DNA of 60,621 nucleotides, from IMG/VR virus record IMGVR_UViG_3300029985_000047, positions 1 through 60,621 of that record; one strand, 5' to 3'. Both the position numbers and the translations under genes were made by a program. Of the stretch, positions 19,123 through 26,442 are shown one piece after another (position 1 is the first letter of the stretch; every line of letters starts with the position of its first letter). This stretch comes from a virus (Duplodnaviria; Caudoviricetes). The notes under the pieces are model-generated. The model was not told the DNA's origin, did not search any database, and worked only from the letters and a program-made list of their open reading frames with translations.

Positions 19123-20521
19123 GAACGGCCAGTATGGCCTGTTACTTCAGCCCGGACTTGGGAAAACGTCTGTAACATTGGCTGCAGTAAAGATTCTACT
19201 CGCTAAGAAACTAGTTAAGCGTGTCTTGGTTATAGCACCATTGCGACCTGCCTACGAGGTGTGGCCAGTAGAGGTTGCTGATTGGAAAGACTTCAATGCT
19301 TTTGGTGTGGCGCTATTGCACGGGCTTGCCAAGGACAAAGTCCTGCGCAGCTTACAGCTAGAGCATCAGGTTGTGATTATCAACCCAGAAGGGCTAAATT
19401 GGCTGTTCAAAGACAAAAAGCGGGCGAAGCTTCTAGGCGCCGACATGCTTGTTATCGATGAGTCAAGCCTGTTTAAGTCTGGCACTTCAGTCCGCTTCAG
19501 AAGACTGCGGTCTGTGCTTGGCCAGTTCAAGCGCCGAGTTATTTTGACTGGATCGCCGCGGCCTAAGAACTATGAAGACCTATGGGCGCAAGTCTACTTG
19601 CTCGATCAAGGTGCCTCTTTGGGCAACTACATCACGCACTATCGCAATCAGTACTTCTTTCCAACAGGATTTCAAATGCGCGAGTGGTCGCTGCTGCCGG
19701 GCGCAGATGAGACGATCAACAAAAAGATTGCGCCGCTTGTTCTGCGAATGGACGCGGAAGACTATCTCAAGTTGCCGAAGCTGACTGATCAGACCCACTT
19801 TATTGAGCTGCCGCCTAAAGCACGTGAGCTTTATGAACAAGTAGAGTCGGGGCTTATGAGCACTTTGTTCACTGCTCCTATGGTGAACAGTACAGCCGCG
19901 CGAAGTCGCTGTGCACAGATAGCTAACGGCTCAGTGTACTTAGACCCTACTGATCCGGACGACATTGAGTCTTGGAAGTCGTCTAGACGTCCAGTTCAGG
20001 TTGTACACACAGCAAAGGTAGAAGCTTTAATGGAGCTTGTGGGCGAGCTTCAAGGCGAACCACTTCTTTGCTCTATTGGGTACCATCATGATGTAACAGC
20101 TATTCGTGTGGCGGCTGGCAAGGACACACCTTGTATCAATGGAGCTACTACGCGAACACAGCTGTCAGACTATATCACGCGATGGAACAAAGGATTGCTT
20201 CCATTGCTGATGATTCATCCAGCTGCGGCCGGCCATGGCCTGAATATGCAAAAGTGTAATGGGCGACACATTGCCATATTTGACCTGCCAGACAACTATG
20301 ATACCTACTTTCAGATGTTTCAGAGAGTCTGGCGTCAAGGCAATAAGGCTGACTTCTGTATCCGGCACCATTTCGTGGTCCGGAATACAGTAGACGTAGC
20401 TAAACTACGCAATCTCAGAAAGAAGGGTGACGGCCAGAAGGCTTTTCTCGATGCAATGAAGCAATATGCAGAGGAAAAAGGCCTGAAAATAAATGCGCCA
20501 AAGCCTAGAAAAGCGGTATAA
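19013..20521 (+). CDS. SNF2-family DEAD/H helicase
   Basis: PYQ, PGLGKT, VIDESS, LTGSP, GHGLNMQ and RVWRQG motifs. Confidence 0.93.
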   Translation: MDLVPKSVALKMEESKRTAKAWTPWPYQERALKALLENGQYGLLLQPGLGKTSVTLAAVKILLAKKLVKRVLVIAPLRPAYEVWPVEVADWKDFNAFGVALLHGLAKDKVLRSLQLEHQVVIINPEGLNWLFKDKKRAKLLGADMLVIDESSLFKSGTSVRFRRLRSVLGQFKRRVILTGSPRPKNYEDLWAQVYLLDQGASLGNYITHYRNQYFFPTGFQMREWSLLPGADETINKKIAPLVLRMDAEDYLKLPKLTDQTHFIELPPKARELYEQVESGLMSTLFTAPMVNSTAARSRCAQIANGSVYLDPTDPDDIESWKSSRRPVQVVHTAKVEALMELVGELQGEPLLCSIGYHHDVTAIRVAAGKDTPCINGATTRTQLSDYITRWNKGLLPLLMIHPAAAGHGLNMQKCNGRHIAIFDLPDNYDTYFQMFQRVWRQGNKADFCIRHHFVVRNTVDVAKLRNLRKKGDGQKAFLDAMKQYAEEKGLKINAPKPRKAV

Positions 20522-20554
20522 TCATTTCAGCGCACTGGAAAGGGGCGCTAGAAA

Positions 20555-20866
20555 ATGAAGAGAATTGAACAAGGTACTTTGTTTCCAGCTGACGGTTCAC
20601 CTGCCAAGATAGTCACTCCAGCAGATGGAAAAAAGTTTTCACTCGATGAGCTTCAGAAGTTTGTTGGTGGGTATATTGAATCCATTGTCTGCGTGAAGCC
20701 TTACGTCCGCGCTTTTGTCAATGAGGAGGGCGCTATCAAAGGCGATTTGCAAGATAACCCACATACCTGGTCAGTACTAAATCGCAAGGTGTACGCCTTA
20801 AACGGCTACGCAGAAGGCTTTCGTGTATCAGGCGACATCATTGCAGTACAGCTGGTGCAAGCATGA
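20555..20866 (+). CDS. DUF3846-like protein
   Basis: SLDELQKFVGGYIE...VNEEG...N...GD. Confidence 0.8.
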   Translation: MKRIEQGTLFPADGSPAKIVTPADGKKFSLDELQKFVGGYIESIVCVKPYVRAFVNEEGAIKGDLQDNPHTWSVLNRKVYALNGYAEGFRVSGDIIAVQLVQA

Positions 20867-21156
20867 CCAACAAAGCCACAGAGTACCTAAGCATACCGGA
20901 GGGCGACCGCAATGTCGCCCTCCCAATGACGCTTGCAGAAGCTGATGCCAAGGCCAAGGAGCTGTACGGACCGAAAGCTTATGCCTTTGATCGGTTATCA
21001 CTGCTACCGGGCCTTTTAGACGCTAAGCCACTGCATACCTACATTGATGAAATAGGGCGGTACTACATCGGTGTAGGTGAGGCTCTGTACGGCAACGGCG
21101 CCACATGGAAAGAAGCATTCGCGGCGGCTGCAAAGATGGCAGAGGCGAGGCTATGA
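20863..21156 (+). CDS. Hypothetical protein
   Basis: ATGA overlaps on both sides. Confidence 0.6.
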   Translation: MTNKATEYLSIPEGDRNVALPMTLAEADAKAKELYGPKAYAFDRLSLLPGLLDAKPLHTYIDEIGRYYIGVGEALYGNGATWKEAFAAAAKMAEARL

Positions 21157-21235
21157 CCCACCTTATTGATGTCTTACTTGGAGCAGTAGTGGGCATGGCT
21201 GCTATGCTTTATTTGCAGCGGCCTGGAGGTGGCCG

Positions 21236-21442
21236 GTGACTGACTTGCAGAAGGGTAGTACGTGTGAGTACACGGACTTGGGCGGCCAGACATGGGTTGG
21301 CACAGTTGAGTCTGTAGGCCGTAAGTACTGCGAAGTACCCCGCTGCGCAGACAACAGAGTGGAGCGTATGCTTCTGACTTCTGTGCGAGAGTTCACGTAC
21401 TCTATCTTTCATGCTCGTGATTTTCTCAGAGGCGGACGATGA
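21236..21442 (+). CDS. Small SH3-like hypothetical protein
   Basis: GGAGGT RBS; WVGTVESVGRKYC. Confidence 0.55.
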   Translation: MTDLQKGSTCEYTDLGGQTWVGTVESVGRKYCEVPRCADNRVERMLLTSVREFTYSIFHARDFLRGGR

Positions 21443-21533
21443 TTCAAATCTGTGTTTATGTCTTTGTGGCCCTGGCTTTGGTACGCCAGATCTGTGTTGC
21501 TGTTTACGTCATGCGCGGGAAAGGCGGCTTGAA

Positions 21534-21827
21534 ATGAAGATCATCAAGATCTACGAGCCGTCGCCATTTCACAACACAAGAGCACTGAATATGCGTCAGC
21601 TTCTCAACCCTATCTTCTTTTCAGTAGACTGCCGGCACCCAGACCAGAAGCGACAGCGCTCCTCAAGACGTAGGACGCGAGCGCTACATAATGCGCGTAA
21701 TTTGAAGGCACAGCAGCTTACTTGGGTTCCAGACCTACCGACGACTGATGCTTGGGAGAAGTGGTTTGCGGCCCGTGGCTGGACTAGAATGGCTAGCGTA
21801 CTGGGGAGGACTTTCGATGAGTACTAA
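21534..21827 (+). CDS. Hypothetical protein
   Basis: Start refined to MKIIKIY. Confidence 0.5.
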   Translation: MKIIKIYEPSPFHNTRALNMRQLLNPIFFSVDCRHPDQKRQRSSRRRTRALHNARNLKAQQLTWVPDLPTTDAWEKWFAARGWTRMASVLGRTFDEY

Positions 21828-21938
21828 GAGTCCCACTGGGCGGCTCAAGGGTATTAACGAGTCTGAACTGCAAAGTACTTCACTGTCTGTCGAGCACAGT
21901 GTTTGCGCGCATAAGTACTGGGCGACTGCAGACTTTCA

Positions 21939-22136
21939 ATGCTAGAACAACGCATACTAGCTGGTCCATTAGCAGCACAGGAGCCAAAGAAAGCTTCATT
22001 TCCTTATCGCTTTGGGTCAGCTAGTCTCATTGCAGCTTGTTCAGTAGAAGCACGCAGTGAGGACCGTATTCACCGGCTTCTTCTTGAGCTAGGTTATATC
22101 TACGACGTGAACACAGGAGAGTATCATGAAGCCTGA
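21939..22136 (+). CDS. Hypothetical protein
   Basis: Operon packing. Confidence 0.45.
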   Translation: MLEQRILAGPLAAQEPKKASFPYRFGSASLIAACSVEARSEDRIHRLLLELGYIYDVNTGEYHEA

Positions 22137-22293
22137 AGATCTTACCAAGAAGCAGATGAAAGCATTGTTCAAAGCTCTGCACATGCTGGATATCGTCAAC
22201 TTGTACGCCACGGGTGATCGGTTACGTAGAGCCTTTGGTGTAGAGCTGGAAGTAGTGAAGGCGCACAAGAAAGACGGGCTGGGCGATGACTGA
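22126..22293 (+). CDS. Small hypothetical protein (55 aa, absent from the ORF track)
   Basis: AGGAG RBS; MKPEDLTKKQMKALF...; overlaps the next small ORF 22286-22462. Confidence 0.55.
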   Translation: MKPEDLTKKQMKALFKALHMLDIVNLYATGDRLRRAFGVELEVVKAHKKDGLGDD

Positions 22294-22458
22294 GCTTAGT
22301 GAAGAGCAGCTTAGCAGAATGCGGCGGAATTTGCGTTTAATGGCTGAGTATGCAGCATGGTTTGCCATGAATGCACGTGCACCACAGCCCACTACAAAGG
22401 TTGAGCAAGGGCACATAGGGTGCAAGAAGTCAAACTTACTGCCGCGTAAGGAGCAGCC

Positions 22459-23145
22459 ATGACGACTGATCTACGCCTGTTCGGTCACCTGTTTGGTGTA
22501 GGCAAAGAAGAAGCGGATATGCTCAGTCGTCTGGCGGGGCCATGTCCTGCGCTCCACCAGCCTACAGCGCCTTTCATGGGCGGAGCAGCAGAGGCATTCC
22601 AAGCGCTCAATCGGCGGGGCAGAGAATCACTTGCCAAGATAGAAGTACTGACTGCCACCACTGTGAAGCTCCCTAAAGACAAACGGCGGGGCAAGCTCGA
22701 TACCTGGCAGACTATTCATGAGTTCATCTATGCTGGCAATGCGCGCTTTACTTTGCTCAGTTTGAAGACTGGCCAGCGCTACACGTACAAGGTGCAGGTC
22801 AAGAAAGCCGACTTGGTACTGCATCCTGAAGATCCGGTGTACTTTGTCAACTTACTACGTGGTCCAGACAATACTGCAGACTATGCCTATATGGGAGTAA
22901 CAAGACGCAATGGGCAGTTCAATCGTACTAGTGCAAGCAAAGTAAGTGACCTTGCACAGAGCTATAAGTCTTGGGTTTGGTTCTTAGAGCGAATGCGATC
23001 AGAGCGCGCTGACGTACTTGGCGCCTTAGTAGAGTTTTGGCACGAGGGCCGGTGCTGCTGCTGTGGCAGAGTGCTAACTGTCCCAAGCTCAGTGCTAAGC
23101 GGCTATGGCGAAGTTTGTAGAAAGGCACGAAATACAGGTGCCTAA
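22459..23145 (+). CDS. DUF6011-like zinc-ribbon protein
   Basis: AGNARFTL.S.KTGQRYTY, GPDN..DY.Y.G and HEGRCCCCGRVLT.P.S...GYG..C. Confidence 0.8.
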   Translation: MTTDLRLFGHLFGVGKEEADMLSRLAGPCPALHQPTAPFMGGAAEAFQALNRRGRESLAKIEVLTATTVKLPKDKRRGKLDTWQTIHEFIYAGNARFTLLSLKTGQRYTYKVQVKKADLVLHPEDPVYFVNLLRGPDNTADYAYMGVTRRNGQFNRTSASKVSDLAQSYKSWVWFLERMRSERADVLGALVEFWHEGRCCCCGRVLTVPSSVLSGYGEVCRKARNTGA

Positions 23146-23163
23146 CTGCAGTATAATTAATCT

Positions 23164-23493
23164 ATGCGAATGTGGATGATTGACCCAAAGATCCTGTGTC
23201 GTAAGCACCTGCTAGGTGAGCACGTTGAAATACATATGCTTGTCGGTAGCCTGCAGCGAAAGCGCTCCATAGCCGGCTTCTTAAACCAAGGTATTCTCGA
23301 GCCTCAAAACGCGCTTAAGCGCCATGCTGCTTTAGTTGCCGAGATGCAATTGCGTGGCTACAAGCATGCTTCGAAGCTCCAGGACGTCCCACATGGAGCT
23401 CCTAGTGGCCATGTTGACCAGGTAAGCTCACTTACTGCTCTGCTGGCGCGCTGTGAGGCTTGTTCTACGCGCTATAATGATCTTAGGAGCTAA
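23164..23493 (+). CDS. Pyrimidine-dimer DNA glycosylase (DenV/endonuclease V-like)
   Basis: MRMW..DP..LCRKHLLGEH.E.H and RH..LV.EM..RGYKH.S. Confidence 0.85.
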   Translation: MRMWMIDPKILCRKHLLGEHVEIHMLVGSLQRKRSIAGFLNQGILEPQNALKRHAALVAEMQLRGYKHASKLQDVPHGAPSGHVDQVSSLTALLARCEACSTRYNDLRS

Positions 23494-23497
23494 TTGT

Positions 23498-23743
23498 ATG
23501 CGAACCTTTGAAGTTGAAGACGCTGTAGTACCAATGCTTGCACTTGCAGTAGCTATGGCTGTTCATGAACGACGGCTTGTTGCAATGGAGAATGTTGATT
23601 CTTCTAGTCTAGCTTCTCAGCAGGTTCGCAGAGAGATTGCTCAGTTAGAGGACTTTCTCTCGAAGCTGAATGCGCCATTACCGGCTTTGCACACCTTATT
23701 GGCGCAAGAAGAGCAACGGGCCGTTAGCTCAATTGGTCAGTAG
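23498..23743 (+). CDS. Hypothetical protein whose 3' end overlaps the tRNA
   Basis: AGGAG RBS before ATG 23498. Confidence 0.6.
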   Translation: MRTFEVEDAVVPMLALAVAMAVHERRLVAMENVDSSSLASQQVRREIAQLEDFLSKLNAPLPALHTLLAQEEQRAVSSIGQ

Positions 23744-23795
23744 CACACGACTCATAATCGTTAGGCTGCAGGTTCAAGTCCTGCACGGCCCACCA
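23718..23795 (+). tRNA. tRNA with CAT anticodon, probably tRNA-Ile2 (lysidine) rather than Met
   Basis: GGGCCGT/ACGGCCC acceptor, ACGA-CTCATAA-TCGT anticodon arm, GCAGG-TTCAAGT-CCTGC T arm, encoded CCA. Confidence 0.9.
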
Positions 23796-23875
23796 AGTTT
23801 AGTACTTTCATGGATGCATTAATATGGCGATCCAGCAACCTAAACCCTAACCGTAGCAAGGAGACTTAAACTACC

Positions 23876-24145
23876 ATGGCTAAAATCAATATCGTCCTCA
23901 GTCCGAAGCAGCTCGCCAATCTCGTCACTGCTTTGCAGGGCGCACCCAAGCAAAGCAAGACTGTCGAAGTACTCACGGCGAAGTTCACGGCTGTAGAAGT
24001 GCCTGAAAATGCGAAGAAAGTTACACTGACAATCAGTGGCGCAGAGGCACAGAACACAGTCAAGGCTCTCGGAACACTGCCCAAGCAGACTGCTACTGTG
24101 ATCGCGCTCTTCGGCAAGATCAGCGCCGCCCTGGGTGCCGAGTAG
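23876..24145 (+). CDS. Small protein made of two internal repeats
   Basis: AAGGAG RBS; halves align (KINIVLS...PKQ / KVTLTIS...PKQ). Confidence 0.75.
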   Translation: MAKINIVLSPKQLANLVTALQGAPKQSKTVEVLTAKFTAVEVPENAKKVTLTISGAEAQNTVKALGTLPKQTATVIALFGKISAALGAE

Positions 24146-24240
24146 CACTTGTAATTTAGTGTATTATGGTCCATTCACTCCGTGGATGGACCACATTTGT
24201 GTGTTATAATATGCTCAGTAGTTTGAAAGGACTGCTGACT

Positions 24241-24558
24241 ATGAAAAACCTGGATCCTGTAGAGCGGCTTCGGAAAGACTTTGCTCGCATCCTGGACGCG
24301 ATAAGTACGTTGCACGGCGTTCACACTCCAGCGCAAAAGAACCGACGCATTTCCCCCAATGATTCGCGTCAAGTAAAACTTCTGGTGCGCAAAAACCCTC
24401 ACAAACCGAAGACAAAAGCTTGGGCAGCATTTGAGATTCTGAAGCATTGTCGTACTGCACGCGACTATGTGCGTACTGTGCACAAGACTGCAGGCGACAA
24501 AGTAATTATGGGCTACCTCAACTGGGCCGTTAATCGTGGGTACGCACGACTCATGTGA
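24241..24558 (+). CDS. Putative DNA-binding protein, paralog 1
   Basis: NPHK..TKAW..FEIL..CRT..Y...MGYLNWAVN; TGnTATAAT at 24202-24210. Confidence 0.7.
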   Translation: MKNLDPVERLRKDFARILDAISTLHGVHTPAQKNRRISPNDSRQVKLLVRKNPHKPKTKAWAAFEILKHCRTARDYVRTVHKTAGDKVIMGYLNWAVNRGYARLM

Positions 24559-24562
24559 GTGC

Positions 24563-24599
24563 TTATTGGGCCGTATGTGCTTTGCGTACGGCCCAATAA
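24563..24599. terminator. Hairpin between the paralogs (possible terminator)
   Basis: ttattgggccgta / tacggcccaataa 13-bp perfect stem. Confidence 0.55.
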
Positions 24600-24685
24600 A
24601 TACGACGTCAGTGAGCAAAAGTGAACGCACTTGAAAGACCACTCCGGTAGACAATGTAACTAGCGGTCTAAGGAGCCGCCACTCA

Positions 24686-25057
24686 ATGCCAAATATTCTT
24701 GCGAAGATCGGATCGAAGTCAGTACTTCCGCCGTACATGCGCATCAAGGTACTACCAGCTACAAAGGCTTCGTTCAGTAGGCGTGCAAATAACCCGCCAC
24801 AAATATTGCTCAACCGTCGTGCAGACGATATGCAGGCTCATCGTGTGTCTGTTTGTGATACTCGTAATGTGCGTCTTCTGACTCAGACCAATCCACACAG
24901 AGCGCACACTAAGTCTTGGGTAGCTTTCGAAATCCTGCGTCAATGCAGGACCATGAAAGAATATGTAAAGTCGGTTCGTGCTGTGACAAGTGACAAGTCG
25001 ACTATGGGCTACCTCAATTGGGCTGTGAATCACCAATATGCCAAGTTGACTGCTTAG
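24686..25057 (+). CDS. Putative DNA-binding protein, paralog 2
   Basis: AAGGAG RBS; NPHR..TKSW..FEIL..CRT..Y...MGYLNWAVN. Confidence 0.7.
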   Translation: MPNILAKIGSKSVLPPYMRIKVLPATKASFSRRANNPPQILLNRRADDMQAHRVSVCDTRNVRLLTQTNPHRAHTKSWVAFEILRQCRTMKEYVKSVRAVTSDKSTMGYLNWAVNHQYAKLTA

Positions 25058-25159
25058 GCAGCAAGTAAAGCGCGCCGGCTATCAAGTTTGCCGGCGCCTA
25101 AAATAAACTTTAAAAATGTAGTATTTCCACTGTATAATTATTGAAGTGAGGAAATTTAC

Positions 25160-25291
25160 ATGACTGGACACCAGCTCTTCTGGCTGTGCGCTCTCGTAAT
25201 TCAGACGATTCCCTTGGCAGTATTCCCGCATGTATTTGCATGGTGGAGAGAATTTGCCGCTGAGAACTTTGTTCAGGAGCGTGACAAATGA
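25160..25291 (+). CDS. 43-aa membrane peptide (absent from the ORF track)
   Basis: TATAAT at 25133, GAGGA RBS, hydrophobic MTGHQLFWLCALVIQTIPLAVF, ATGA overlap. Confidence 0.55.
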   Translation: MTGHQLFWLCALVIQTIPLAVFPHVFAWWREFAAENFVQERDK

Positions 25292-25488
25292 ACTACGGAA
25301 TCTTGATTGCGATCAGTAAATCTGGTTTTCAGATCGTGGGCGCTGTGGACACCTTGAACGAGGCGCATGAGTTAGCCGGCGAGTATGTCAGGTTTGGGCC
25401 AGACAGTGGCTACCTTGCGCCTGAGTATTTCGAAGTCCATAGTCGTGGGCAATATGGTGGGTACACCATTGTGCAACGCCTGAAATAG
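25288..25488 (+). CDS. Hypothetical protein
   Basis: AGGAG RBS. Confidence 0.65.
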   Translation: MNYGILIAISKSGFQIVGAVDTLNEAHELAGEYVRFGPDSGYLAPEYFEVHSRGQYGGYTIVQRLK

Positions 25489-25546
25489 TCTGAATTTTGT
25501 CGTTGCAAACTCTAGTTTCTGTAGTATGATTTCAGGAGCACAGACA

Positions 25547-25777
25547 ATGACTGAATGCGAGTTTCACACCACTTTCTACGGCCCGCGTAATACGCCCAAT
25601 CGTGAAAAGCTGTGCAAGCATCTTGGAATTACTGGCTTTGCTGGTTTGAGTTTGAAGCGCATGGGCTGGACCGGTTTTGTCAATGCTCTTGGCGACTACC
25701 ACGGGCTTGATGTGCGCAATTTTAGCTGCCAAGCAACCTTTATGGATGCCATCGCAGAAAAAATAAAACTGCTATAA
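25547..25777 (+). CDS. Hypothetical protein (cassette 1)
   Basis: Starts at the repeated RBS-ATG element. Confidence 0.7.
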   Translation: MTECEFHTTFYGPRNTPNREKLCKHLGITGFAGLSLKRMGWTGFVNALGDYHGLDVRNFSCQATFMDAIAEKIKLL

Positions 25778-25825
25778 AGCGCAGAATCTGCAGTATGATT
25801 ATTTCAGTGCAGAGGAGCACAGACA

Positions 25826-26155
25826 ATGATTGCCAAAATCGAGTGGAAAGTGGCCGAAGCGCCTACCGGAAAGTATCGTTCATTTCAGCGCCGTGGATGG
25901 CCCACTGGCACCATCAATGGTTGTGCTGCTGTGTCGCTCTATGCTGACAATGACTACTCAAAGCAGGCCGCAGAAGGCGGCTCGGTCATTACTGTGTGCG
26001 TGGCTGACTGGACTGTCGGTCAGACTGCTGAAGGTAAGGCTAAGTATGGCGCATTTACATGGCGCACACTGAAGGCACGCGCAGCCACCCTGAAGGAGGC
26101 TAAAGATCTTGCGGTACGCTTCCACGCAGCTCATCCAGAGTACACCTCAAAATAG
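25826..26155 (+). CDS. Hypothetical protein (cassette 2)
   Basis: Starts at the repeated RBS-ATG element. Confidence 0.75.
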   Translation: MIAKIEWKVAEAPTGKYRSFQRRGWPTGTINGCAAVSLYADNDYSKQAAEGGSVITVCVADWTVGQTAEGKAKYGAFTWRTLKARAATLKEAKDLAVRFHAAHPEYTSK

Positions 26156-26223
26156 TCTGAATTTTGTCGTTGCAAACTCTAGAAACTGCAGTATGGTTAT
26201 TTCAATGCAGAGGAGCACAGACA

Positions 26224-26391
26224 ATGATTTTTACCTGGGCTGATGTTGAAGATTTTCTTACGTATAGGCCTTGGATTTTGGCTCATGTGCGAGCTATTTA
26301 TGGCGAGTACGTACTAATTTGTGGCGGCGCAGTAGCGACTGATGATGCTACAGTTGCTATGCGCATGTTGTATGATGCCGCTGGAATTTAG
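26224..26391 (+). CDS. Hypothetical protein (cassette 3)
   Basis: Starts at the repeated RBS-ATG element. Confidence 0.65.
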   Translation: MIFTWADVEDFLTYRPWILAHVRAIYGEYVLICGGAVATDDATVAMRMLYDAAGI

Positions 26392-26442
26392 CAATTACGT
26401 AGTGCAATTGATTGTAGCGGCTCAGAAAGGACCGCCACTCAC

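Larger units (their letters stand above)
25483..26227 (+). repeat. Repeated promoter+RBS cassettes
   Basis: Identical 33-mer at 25483-25515 and 26150-26182; AGGAGCACAGACAATGA at 25534, 25813 and 26211. Confidence 0.9.

Noticed and set aside
25483-26227. Spaced repeats as a CRISPR array or integron attC sites
   Set aside because: The intervals are whole genes of unequal length, the repeats are promoter/RBS sequences without attC palindromes, and no integrase was seen.
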